From: Octopus vulgaris
Taxonomy: Eukaryota
DNA length: 64,000 nucleotides
Direction of reading: 5' to 3'
Assembly (NCBI GenBank): GCA_951406725.2
Contig: OX597830.1
Coordinates: forward strand, 54,808,001-54,872,000
Shown piece after piece: positions 52,997-64,000 of the stretch; position 1 is the first letter of the stretch; every line of letters starts with the position of its first letter. Position numbers and translations under genes: made by a program. The notes under the pieces are model-generated. The model saw only the letters and a list, made by a program, of their open reading frames with translations, was not told the origin of the DNA and did not search any database.

Positions 52997-53415
52997 TTTA
53001 TTTCTTTACTACTCACAAGGGGCTACACACAGAGGGGACAAACAAGGACAGACAAATGGATTAAGTCGATTATATCAACCCCAGTGCGTAATTGGTACTT
53101 ATTTAATTGACCCCGAAAGGATGAAAGGCAAAGTCGACCTCGGCGGAATTTGAGCTCAGAATGTAGAGGCAGACAAAATACCTATTTCTTTACTACTCAC
53201 AAGGGGCTAAACACAGAGGGGACAAACAAGGACAGACAAATGGATTAAGTCGATTATATCAACCCTAGTGCGTAACTGGTACTTATTTAATTGACCCCCG
53301 AAAGGATGAAGGGCGAAGTCGACCTCGGTGGAATTTGAACTCAGAATGTAGCAGCAGACGAAATACCGCTAAGCATTTTGCCCGGCGTGCTAACGATTCT
53401 GCCAGCTTGCCGCCC
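52997..53415 (-). mobile_element. SINE family B with tandem partial duplication
   Basis: Two consecutive TATTTCTTTACTACTCACAAGGGGC…AATTTGA(A/G)CTCAGAA units. Confidence 0.78.
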
Positions 53416-53606
53416 TAGATATATATTACATCATCAACATCGTTATTGTCATCATCTTCACCAATTTAACACCTTTCCCACATGACAAATGGACTAACCT
53501 AGTCACTATAAGGAAAGTACCGGAGTACATAGTAGGTGATCAGAAATAGTCATGTCTTTACTGGTTTTACTAAGTATACTGTATACCAGAGTGGCATTAT
53601 AATAAT

Positions 53607-53837
53607 GGCGGTGAGCTGGCAGAAACGTTAGCATGCCGGGTGAAATGCTTTGCGATATTTCGTCCACTGCTGCGTTCTGAGTTCAAATTCCGCCGAGGTC
53701 GACTTTGCTTTTCATCCTTTCAGAGTTGATAAATTAAGTACCAGTTACGCACTGGGGTCGATGTAATCGACTTAATGCGTTTGTCTGTTCTTGTTTGTCC
53801 CCTATGTATTTAGCCCCTTGTGGGTAGTAAAGAAGTA
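53607..53837 (+). mobile_element. SINE family B (tRNA head + Nin/Deu-like central domain) inside the Gypsy 5' LTR
   Basis: 14-bp TSD GGCATTATAATAAT at 53593-53606 and 53838-53851; central TTTCATCCTTTC…GATAAATTAAGTACC. Confidence 0.88.
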
Positions 53838-53895
53838 GGCATTATAATAATCCAACATTTTAGGAATTACAGTGATGGTGATGAAGGTTATAACA

Positions 53896-54140
53896 GTTAG
53901 TTAGTTAGTTAGTTAATTTTTGGCTCAAAAAAGCAAACAGCAAGGCCATGTAGGGGGGCATGGAGTTATGTACAGGGTGGTGTTCATGTAAAGAGTTCAG
54001 GCCACTTGAGGTCAAGGGAGACTTTGAACCGAGCGGTTGTCGGCATCTTCACCATCTCATCTGGCAGCTTATTCCACGGATCCGCAACCCGGATGGAGAA
54101 AGCCCCTCTCCTTCGATTGAGATGAAATCGTCGCAGATAG
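53896..54140 (-). mobile_element. CR1-type LINE 3' fragment with (TAAC)n tail, inserted at the Gypsy LTR/PBS junction
   Basis: Minus strand reads YLRRFHLNRRRGAFSIRVADPWNKLPDEMVKMPTTARFKVSLD…*, then a short UTR and (TAAC)n. Confidence 0.8.
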
Positions 54141-54409
54141 TGGTGACATCAATTCATGTGGTGTTAATAGAAACTTGAAGAGGAGATAATAAACTCAACA
54201 AAGTTTTGTTGTGCAAGTTTTATGAAGATATTCATAAAATTATGGAAAATTTGTTGGCCGGTTTGCTTGAGTTGCAAAAACAGCAACAACAGCAACTGAA
54301 TGCGCAACAATGGCAGCAGATACAACTGCAAGAACAACAGCAACTGAAAGAATAACAACAACAGCAGCTATAACTGCAAGAACAGCTGAAGCAACAACAG
54401 CATCACCGT

Positions 54410-54770
54410 GGAGGTGCAATGGCCCAATGGTTAGGGAGCGGACTCACGGTCGGAGGATTGTGGTTTCGATTCCCTGATTGGGTGTTGTATGTGTTTATTG
54501 AGCAAAAACACCTAAACCTCCACGAAGCTCCGGCAGGGGGTGGTGGCGACCCCTGTTGTACTCTTTCGCCCCAACTTTCTCTCACTCTTTCTTCCTGTTT
54601 CTTGTCCCCGACTTCCTACACAACTGCTGAGCCTGGATGCGCATTCATCCATCCGTCGATGCTCTCGGTGTCGGGGGTTGACCTGCTTTCTCTTCTGCGG
54701 GTCTTACGAACAGCAAAGGACCACGTTTCGGACTTCTCCCAATAATGGGGTGAAGACCTCTATGCTCAAC
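54410..54770 (+). mobile_element. SINE family C inserted in the CAA/CAG poly-Q region of Gypsy gag
   Basis: CAACAG-type repeats on both sides. Confidence 0.82.
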
Positions 54771-54859
54771 AGCAACAGCAACAGCAACAACAACTGAAAG
54801 AACAAGAACAATATTACAGCAACATATACTGCAATTACCGAAATCATTAAGAAAGTCAG

Positions 54860-55667
54860 GAAATGCGTTCTTGACAGATTATGTCATGAACTCCATAACT
54901 GAGTTCAAATACGAACCTGACGAAGGAGTTCCCTCGAAGCATACCACAGAAGACATGAGCAAATCTTCAAGAAAGAATGTAAAGATTGGGACGACAAAAT
55001 GAAAACACGCTTAATCTTGAGAAAACTGCCGGCAACAGAACATGAATGATACAGTAATTATGTACTGCTGAGAAAACCTTCTGAGACAAACTTTAATTAT
55101 AAAATAGATATATTGTGTAAAATCTTCAGTGACAAAAAATCATTGTTCAATACACGTTGGAATTGTCTGAACATAGAAAAAGCAAGATGGATTACATCAG
55201 TTATGCTGATAGAGTTAACAGGGAATGTGAAATGTTTAAGCTGGACGAATTAATAGCAGATTTGTTCAAATGCTTGATGTTTTACACAGGGACTTACTGC
55301 CAAAAAGGACACAGAAGCTAGAGTAAGAATTCTCACAAAGCTGGGATAAAACCAGGCTGTAACCCTACAGCAAGTGTCTGAAGAATGTGAAAGGATAGTC
55401 AAATTAAGACACGACACAGAGGAAATTGAATGGAAAGATAGTTTCCTAGTGAAACAAGTGCAAAATAGTCAGAATAGAGATAAAGTGTTTTCTAAAAAAC
55501 ACAACAAATATCAAGAAATAAACCCATGTTTTGTGTGTAGAGGAATACACCTGAGGAAAAATTGTCCATCTATAGAAGCAGAGTGCTTTTATTGTGAAAA
55601 TGTAGGACATGCAAAGACGCACTGTAGAATGAAGATGAAAAATGTCAGAACAAAGGAAAAAGAATAA
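54860..55667 (+). pseudogene. Gypsy gag remnant with zinc knuckles
   Basis: DYVMNSITEFKYEPDEG…SLFNTRWNCL…DLFKCLMF…CFVCRGIHLRKNC…CFYCENVGHAKTHC (CX2CX4HX4C); stops and frameshifts present. Confidence 0.8.
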
Positions 55668-55704
55668 ATAGTATGTCAGCATAAGAAATTGGTAATATAA
55701 CAAT

Positions 55705-56010
55705 GAAGACATTTGTGAAGGTGAAAATTAGAAATGCAAGTGTTAAAATGCAGTAGAACATTGGTAGTGATATCACCATTACAAACAAAAAAACTTGGAA
55801 ATATGTCAATAAGCCAAAATTAATTAAATCTAAAAAGGTAGCATATGATGTTATGAGAAAAAGATATTGTTTTAGTGAATTCGTATGAAGTGTAACATTT
55901 CGAGGTCAAACGAAAGAATCAAAGATGTATGTGTTAAAACGTTCACTTAATCTATTTGGCACAGAGTGGATGGAACTATTCAAAGTGTGGAATACACGCA
56001 TAAGTGTTTT
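55705..56010 (+). pseudogene. Gypsy aspartic protease remnant
   Basis: VKIRNASVKMQ*NIGSDITI (degenerate LDTGSDIT) and a downstream NLFGTEWM motif. Confidence 0.6.
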
Positions 56011-56149
56011 ATGTGGAAATATAGTTGGTTTAATCAAAGGTTCAAATGTAACTGAGGGACTGAAACAAAAAATTGCAGTAAAACAGAGTGAAACACCTGT
56101 ATGTAAGCCAAAACGAAATAAAAAAATTGCTCTCAGTAAAAAGTAAACA

Positions 56150-56850
56150 TGTTTCAAAAGTAGATATTCCATGGGCAAGAATACACATCGATGTTGCTGG
56201 TCTTTTAAATGGTTATTACTACTTAGTGGCAGTTGATAGTTTTTCAAAATGGCCTGAAATTTGCAAGTATAAAAAAACCAACATCCTCAACTGTAATAAA
56301 GTTTTTTACATTAATTGTTTGCAAGATTTGCCATCCCAGACAAGATAGTGTCTGACAATGGAACACAATTTGTGTCTAGCGAATTAAAAAAATTTTGTGA
56401 AACATTTGCAGTATACCATGGCACCATACCATCCTAGATTTAGTAGATAGGCAGAATGCTTTGTTGGTACCTTCAAAAGAGCCCTTAGAAAATCGAATAA
56501 GGAAGTCACAGATGAGGTAGATCTACAACAATTTTTAAGAGTGTACCGTGTGACACCAAATCCGAATACACCTGCAGGTAGCTCACCAGCAGAACTAATG
56601 TTTGCAAGGAAACTAAAATCAGTTTTTTTATAAATTGCTATTGGGCAAGAAAAGAAAAAGTGCCAGGGAAGACATAGCGAGGTTCTGTAAAGTTGATGAA
56701 AAGGTGTATATAAGGGCATACAAGAATGGAAAGCAGAGTTGGGAAGATGGCATAATAACCAAATGCATAGGTAAAGTGATGTATTGGGTAAGAAGTAGAA
56801 AAGGTATATAAAAGAGACACTGGAACCAACTGCAAAAGAGATTCTGGGAA
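56150..56850 (+). pseudogene. Gypsy integrase remnant
   Basis: PWARIHIDVAG…LVAVDSFSKWPEI…IVSDNGTQFVS…PYHP…FKRAL…YRVTPN…SPAELMFARKLKS, with frameshifts. Confidence 0.85.
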
Positions 56851-57599
56851 AAATGAACCAAAGAAGTTAGAGTAACCGATGGAATAGTTGCATGATATGT
56901 TTCAAGTACCAATGCCACTGCAGATGATTGAACCCAAAGTTCCTGAAAATAGATGCCAGGCATAAAAGATATTAAATTGTATGATAAAAACTCAAAAAGG
57001 GAGGTGGGGTTAATAAAAAAAATTATTGCTTAATAAGATGACATTTCCTAAGAAAAACTTAAAAGGAGAGCTGGTGTAGGGAATTAGTAATAATGGTACA
57101 CCTCTTCCACATGACAAATGGAATAACCTTGTCACTATAAGTAAAGAGAAGTACATGAAGTACCGGAGTACATAGTACATGGCCAGAGATAGTTGTGTTT
57201 TTACTGGTTTTACCAAGTATACTATATACCAAAGTGGTGTTATAATGATCCAATTACAATGGTGGCAACGAGGGTTAACAGAATGTTGTTTGTCATTCTT
57301 GAGAATTTGAGTTCTACTTAGTTTGATTCATGTTTATTTGTCTATTTAAGTATATATTAAATGGTGCATCTTGGAGCAGCATACAAAGAATTGCTTCCCT
57401 TATTGCTGAAGAGCTAAAGCAGGTTTTGAAGAATGGCATAAAATTGCCCTAACAGCAGTTCAGAACCTGTATGAGTCAATTCCTTAATGTATAAAAGTTG
57501 TGGATGATGGCAAAAGTGGACCAACTCTGTATTATATAATATAACTTCCATTTAACAAGGTGGTTCTTATTACTTGCTCTAACTTCTGTATCCGTTGTG

Positions 57600-57664
<65 letters not shown>

Positions 57665-58184
57665 GTGTGTATACATATATGTAAAATTTAGGCTACCTAA
57701 AATATATTTGTGACATATTTCAGTTGCTAAAGGCAAATTCACGTAGTTATCATGAAGAAAAAAATTCTCTCTTATGGTAAAAAGAAAAAAGATGTAAAAA
57801 CACCATATCTGTTTTGTGCTGTCACCTGTTGTATTCCCAGACATCGATGTTGCTAGCTCTTTAGCCTTTATCAATGGGAGATACCAAAGAGAGGCAACCC
57901 TGGACAAACCTAATCAAAATCGTAGCTTTAGCTAAAATACAGTCAACAACATTGACTGATTTGTGCAAGTAGACCATCTGCCTTTAGCAGTTGATATATG
58001 TCCCAAGCATATTTTAACTAACTTAAAGTTTGCTTATGCCTAAACATTGCTTGGCACTGATAGTTACGTATATATATATTTATATAGTTTATAGATTCAA
58101 TATAGATAGAGTCAAAAAGGTAAAAAAAAGTACTTCATCCAGTGAGAGATAAATATCAATTTAATACCAAAAGAGTTATGAATA

Positions 58185-58549
58185 GTTTTAGCATGGGATT
58201 CTGGTGTTTCTTCTTTCCCTACTCACTCTCTTCAGCACTTGACATTTGGATAGAGAACCCATTTCTGGTCACCAGTCACTATTTATTCTCAAAACGGTTC
58301 ATTTATGAGACATGACAGCAAAAAAGAGCACACATTCACTTTCTGCACACAATTAGACTAGGAGAATTTGCGAGGAACCTATTGACCCAATTTGCTGACT
58401 TTTCCAATGGCACACAGATATCGATGAATAGTTGAATGACCAAATCCAAGCTTCTCTGCTAAATTCTCAACAGGTAGTTTATCCCATCTCCCTCTGACTT
58501 TTAGTTCATGCAATTGAAAAAGCCACATTATTTATAGGGTGACCCAATA
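58185..58549 (-). mobile_element. mariner relic with TIR and partial transposase
   Basis: TIR-like TATTGGGTCACCCTATAAATAA; LAEKLGFGHSTIHRYL…KLGQ*VPRK…IVTGDQKWVLYPN. Confidence 0.75.
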
Positions 58550-58582
58550 TATATACATGTATGTATGTATGCATATATGCAT

Positions 58583-58627
<45 letters not shown>

Positions 58628-58730
58628 ATGTACATATATATGTATATATACATACACACATGCACACACACACGCATATATATATATATATATATATCAT
58701 GTTTGTATGTCTATTTCTCTATAATGTTCA

Positions 58731-58789
<59 letters not shown>

Positions 58790-58794
<5 letters not shown>

Positions 58795-58990
58795 TTAATC
58801 CAAACAAGAAAACAAAAAGACAACAACGCGAGGTTGTGGAACAAATAAAGTATTATTGGGTGCTCAGGAAAGAAGGGAAGAAGGAGGGTATGACGTTTCG
58901 AGCGGAGCTCTTCGTCGGAAACATAGGAGAAAGAAAGATCCTGAGGTGGGAGGACAGAGGGAAAAAAATGCAAGTGGTCTTCACGAGATT
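58790..58990 (-). mobile_element. Penelope-like terminal fragment with minimal hammerhead-like motif
   Basis: CCGACGA-A-GAGC-TCC-GCTC-GAAA-CGTC at 58918-58892; abuts a (TA)n tract. Confidence 0.5.
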
Positions 58991-59096
58991 ACATACTGAA
59001 AAAGTATATATATATACTTAACCAAAACTGTCTGACAAGTGGGAATGTTAAATTCTGAGTAACAGCTTTTGTGAAGTCTTTGTAACTTTATTGATA

Positions 59097-59141
<45 letters not shown>

Positions 59142-59363
59142 GTGTGAGTGTGTGTGTGTGTAGATGCACATAAATACCAACAAGAAACAAGAAAACTGGA
59201 ATGTTTTATGTATTTTCACAGGTTTGTTAATGGTTTGTAATTGTAATTCCTTAATTAGCCATGTTCTTAGTGATTTTATGAAACCTAGCTTCCAAGAATT
59301 GGTGTTTATCCAAGTGCCCCAATAATTGCATGTATGAATTTAAAGAAAAGAAGAGAAAGAGAA

Positions 59364-59396
<33 letters not shown>

Positions 59397-59464
59397 AGGA
59401 GAGGATGAAAGAAAGAAACGAACATAAACATTTACACTCACAAGCAAATACATACTTACACACA

Positions 59465-59505
<41 letters not shown>

Positions 59506-59906
59506 TAATGATTTATAATTGTAATTTCATAATTAACTTAGTTATACTTGAGCTTTGTGAAACAGCCCAGCTTTTCAAGATTAGTACAGAGGCAGTTAGT
59601 GGCATAATTAAATACCCCACTCCCATTAATTACTAGTATATATCTAGAGTTATAACCTGGGCGTAACAGCCACCAATTTCTCATTAGTTCACCTTAGATA
59701 ATTTGCTCTTCTTTCAGCTTAACCTGGTAGCATTCGGATTACTCAGTCAAATGCAATGTTTATTTATTCACAATGTTTTGAATTTATCATGCATTATCTT
59801 GTGACTTAGAGGTTTCATTGATATTATCATTTTATGATATTGTGTGAGAGGCTGGATCTGGTTAGTTTGAGCATGAAACAGAATGATTGGGTTAGATATA
59901 GCTGGT

Positions 59907-60136
59907 TTAACCCTTTAGCATTTAAACCGGCCATATCCGGCCAAAAGTATTCTGCCTGTTTTATGTCCAAACTGGTCAGATCTGGTCTTTCACACCAACC
60001 CTACAATATCGTTTTAAAAATTAACAGCTACCTCATCAAAATCTCATAGATACAAGATTAATGAATGATTAGTTCAAAACAGTGTGGATAAAAAAGGATT
60101 AACTTTGGCAGAATAATGTGAACACTAAAGGGTTAA
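59907..60136. mobile_element. TTAA-flanked piggyBac-like MITE
   Basis: TTAA-CCCTTTAG…CTAAAGGG-TTAA; an opposite-orientation relative adjoins at ~59719-59910. Confidence 0.72.
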
Positions 60137-62001
60137 ATTCTAAACGTTAAACTAAGTCAGGATGAAATAGGGCTGTCTTGTGAGTTACTTGGTGACCTCA
60201 GCCATATCATTGCCATGAAAGAAAGTATCCAGTATACTCTTTTAGGGGTTAAGAGTTCTAGAGTTCCCTTTCATGCTGTTGAAGACAGGACAATCTCTCT
60301 AGTGCCAGTTTCACAAGAAGTGGAAGAAATTAAAGCTCCCTGTACATTCTGTGAAGTGTTTGGAAATGGGAAGGACCTTACAGCCGTAGGAACCATGCTC
60401 AGATGGATATTGGTACTCAACACAGTCCTCCAGCTTTTTAGATCCTGTCAAATCATTGAAACTGTGCAGCATGGAAGACAGATAATAAATGATGACGATG
60501 ATAACGATGATGACGATGATGCTGATGATGATGATGACGACGACGACAATGACAATGATGATGATGATGATGATGATGATAGATATGACAATAATAAGCA
60601 CCCTGATTGAGAACCACTGTTTTAAATGGTCAAGGGCATTGCTTTCTCTCCTAATTAAAAGATTTAAAAAATTAAAATTTGCAAGGTGATTGATTTCATC
60701 TGCTGATTGAGCTACATGGAATAATAAAAGGAGACTTTACTTGTTGTTTATGTTGGTGTTGTTGGTGTTTTTTTAGCCCTAGGACAGTCCTGATTGGGTA
60801 GAGCTTTGATCAAAGGCATTCCAGCTATGTCCATGGCATCATTTTGTCAAGCATATTATTCCTCAGGCTACATTATCGAATGTATCCTTTCTCTTAAGAC
60901 AGCCATAAGTGGTTTGAGGAAGATTTGGCTGTTATTTCTTGCAGGCTGAGCAACCACTTAGAGGCTTCCCTATTGGTTTATGCTGCATCACATTTGCTTG
61001 GCATGCTAGACACATCAGCCTGATCTCCCTTAAATCAAACTTTATTGTTTGAAAAAAAAAGGAAGGTCACATTCGAAAGCATATAGTATGAATGTTAAGA
61101 AAAGATGGCATGGCCATGGTCAGAATGTCTTTGATCCTGAGTCTGTTGTATAAACTTTGACCTGGGGTTAAACAACAATCAATAATAGCTACGCTAACAA
61201 CTACAATGCTGACAAGGCAACGAAAGAACCACCACCACCACCACTGCCACTGCCACCAACACCACCGCCGCCACCGCCGCCGCCGCCTCCACCACCACCA
61301 CCACCTATATAACTTCTCTAAGAACAAAAGCAGCAACAACAACAATAACAACACCAGCAATAACATCAACAAACACAGCAACAGCAAGAAGAAGAACAAC
61401 AATAATAACGACAGCATCAGTAACAACAATAACAATAACAACAACAGTGTTTCGCCACTCTAACTAATGGATTTTTGATTAAATTAACCTGAGAGTAGAG
61501 AATGTACCGAATGGATATGGATTTAGATGTGAGCATCATCCTCATCATCATTGTCATCGTTGTCATCATCGTCATCATCATCATCATTATCATCATCATC
61601 CTCATCATCATCGTCGTTGTCTTCACCATTACCATTGTCATTGTTGCTATCATCATTCTCCTCCTCCTCTTCCTCCTCCTCCTTCTCCTCCTCATCCTCA
61701 TCATCATCACCAACGAACCAATGAGGGAGTTCAGTCTGCAGTTGCTTGGTCTGCTTGAAACAGCAACCCCAAAATCTTCCTCAAATCACAATCTTCCTAC
61801 TTAAAATAAAAGGAGGGGGGGGTCCCATACATAGAATAACCATCTGATGAAAAGACAGAATGGACATAACTGGGAATGCCCTTTGGTTAAAGAACAGAAC
61901 CGACACCTCTGTGACTATCACTAATTTTTATAATAATGATTTGAAACCAAATCACAAAGGTATCACATGTTGTGAGGGAGAGTGAGTTGGGGTTGATTAA
62001 A

Positions 62002-62730
62002 TTAACCCTTTTCATACAAACCTCCTGAGACTGATTCTGCTTCTATGATCTATGGTACAAATTTCCTGCTTCAAATGATCTAAATTAAGACCTTCCATCA
62101 ATATTTCCTCTTAAAATACAAGGTGGAGATCAGGCAGAATTGTTAGCATGCAAAAAGGCTTAGCAGTATTTCAGCTATCTTCATGATCTGAACTCAAATT
62201 CTGCCGACTTTGCTTTTTATCCTTTCAAGGGTTGATAATTTAAGTACCAGTTGAACACTGGAGTTGATGTAATTAACTAGCTCGCTTCTCCAAAATTGCT
62301 GGCCGTGTGTCAAAATCTGAAACCACTATTTCATTTTAATTTATGTTCCAAAAGCTAATTTTTTTTATTTTCAAAATTGATACAAACAAAAGTTGGAGTA
62401 TTCCAACAGAAAAATGGTAACAAAAGACTTAATAATAACTAAGTTATTTTTACTAAATTCTTCCTGAATTTCATAATTAAGTGAAACAAAGACAGTTGTA
62501 TTTCAACAGAGATATGGTAACAAAAGGATCGATAATAACTAAGTTATTTTACTAAATTCTTCCTAAATTTCATGATTAATTGCAACAAAGGCAGTTGCAT
62601 TTCAACAGAGATTTAGTAACAAAAGGGTCAATAATGACTAAGTTATTTTATTAAATTCTTCCAAAATTTCATAATTGATTGGAACAAAGACAATGTATAT
62701 CAAGAGGAATATACTAACAAAAGGGTCAAC
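62002..62730. mobile_element. TTAA-CCCTTT MITE with tandemly amplified ~100-bp right end and a nested SINE
   Basis: Starts TTAACCCTTTTC; about four units each ending …TAACAAAAG(G) from 62330 to 62730; SINE at ~62120-62325. Confidence 0.55.
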
Positions 62731-64000
62731 CATCTTGCAGTCTGAGAAGTTCTATAAAAGAGAAAGACAAGACAAAGTAGCAGACTTGAAGAACTGTTAC
62801 CAGAATTTTACTGGGGTAGTATACATGGTATATCTGTGGTGGTGGTGGTGGTGGTGGTGGTGGTAGTGATGGTGGGTGTCAGCAAGGGAAGCTTTATGGT
62901 GGGGTACTTTAACCCTTTTTATACCAACCTGTCTGATACTGCTCTTGGTTCCACGATATGAACTTCCTGTTTAAAACGATCTCTTTCTTTACTAGTTTCA
63001 GCTCAAGAGCTGTGGCCATGCTGGAGCACCGCCATTTATGTTTCTGTCTACCAAATCTGCTCACAAGACTTTGGTTGGCCCGAGCTTACAGTAGAAGACA
63101 CTTGCCCGAGGTGCCATGCAGTGAAATTGATACTGGAATCATATAGTCGGGAAGCAAGCTTTTTACCACACAGCCACAGCTGCACCTCTATTCTTACCAC
63201 ACAATCACACCTAAGCTTTCATCGAAATTTCATTTTATGTTCCAAATGCTGAATTTTTTGTTATTTTCAAAATCAGTTGAAACAAAGACAGTGTATTTCA
63301 ACAGAAATACAGTAAGAAAAGGCTTAAATTAACCCCAATATATGTCAGGGAGCTACAAGATATATGTTTGGTAAAAACTTATATGGTTGCATCATCAGCA
63401 ACAAGCCTGAATCTCTACCCCAGGACTAGAATCTGTCAAAAGGTATACATCATTGATTCCCAATGTGTGGCATACATCACACTGATGGAGCCTGGGAAAT
63501 GCTTAGTGAAATATCAAAATGCTTAGTGGTATTTCGTCTACCGCTACATTCTGAGTTCAAATTCCGCCGAGGTCAACTTTGCCTTTCATCCTTTTGAGGT
63601 CGATTAAATAAGTATCAGTTATGCACTGGGGTTGATATAATTGACTTAATCCGTTTGTCTGTCCTTGTTCGTCCTCTCTGTGTTTAGTCCGTTGTGGGTA
63701 GTAAAGAAATAGGTATTCTGAGGTAGCGTTTACAGATGAATGCCTTTTCTTTTGCCAGTCCCCTTAGCTGTCTTTTACAACATCCAGGGAGAAGGTGTAC
63801 CTCATTTTAGAACCAGGAGAGACTGGTAAAATAAGATGTGCTTCTTTTAGAACTCAGATACACACAGAAAGCTGCATCATGCAAAAAAATGAAGGGCAAA
63901 ATTAACCTTGGCTAGATTTGAGCTCAGGATATACAGATTTGGAATAAATACAGCAGAGCATTTTGTCCAATGCTGAATTTTGCCAATCGATTCTTGTTAT

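Larger units (their letters stand above)
53469..57280 (+). mobile_element. Decayed Gypsy/Ty3 (Mag-like) LTR retrotransposon with RT-RNaseH deleted
   Basis: Direct repeats 53469-53895 (partial, SINE-interrupted) and 57075-57280 (TG…CA); PBS-like TGGTGAC at 54141; PPT AAAAGGAGAGCTGG at 57061; gag, protease and integrase remnants between. Confidence 0.85.

Noticed and set aside
54410-54480. tRNA genes at SINE heads
   Set aside because: A/B-box-like heads continue into SINE bodies and lack a complete cloverleaf.
57760-57935. Possible exon (plus: …CCCAG|ACATCGATG…; minus: LSRVASLWYLPLIKAK…)
   Set aside because: Splice signals are ambiguous on both strands and the peptides are unrecognisable.

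Overview
AT-rich, microsatellite-dense eukaryotic DNA, most likely a coleoid cephalopod (octopus-type; inferred from the SINE/RTE repertoire and repeat density, not from a database match). I cannot support any host protein-coding gene; the window looks intronic or intergenic and is mostly transposon-derived. The only long ORF is a young, 5'-truncated but uninterrupted CR1/L2-group LINE ORF2 (APE+RT, minus strand, 20687-23578). Other content: a decayed Gypsy (Mag-like) LTR element with three nested insertions; fragments of RTE, R4/Dong, CRE, other CR1-type and Penelope-like retroelements; mariner, maT and Tigger relics; TTAA-flanked (piggyBac-like) and hAT-like MITEs; a non-autonomous Helitron; and at least four tRNA-derived SINE families. 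Most interesting: (1) a ~400-bp near-perfect palindrome whose arms each carry a type I hammerhead-ribozyme fold of the Penelope-associated kind; (2) a LINE-SINE shared 3' tail with a hairpin showing compensatory base changes across three variants; (3) a 389-bp inverted duplication of host DNA, one of several fold-backs with similar geometry. Nearly all short ORFs in the track are microsatellite or SINE artefacts. All alignments and mismatch counts were done by eye.
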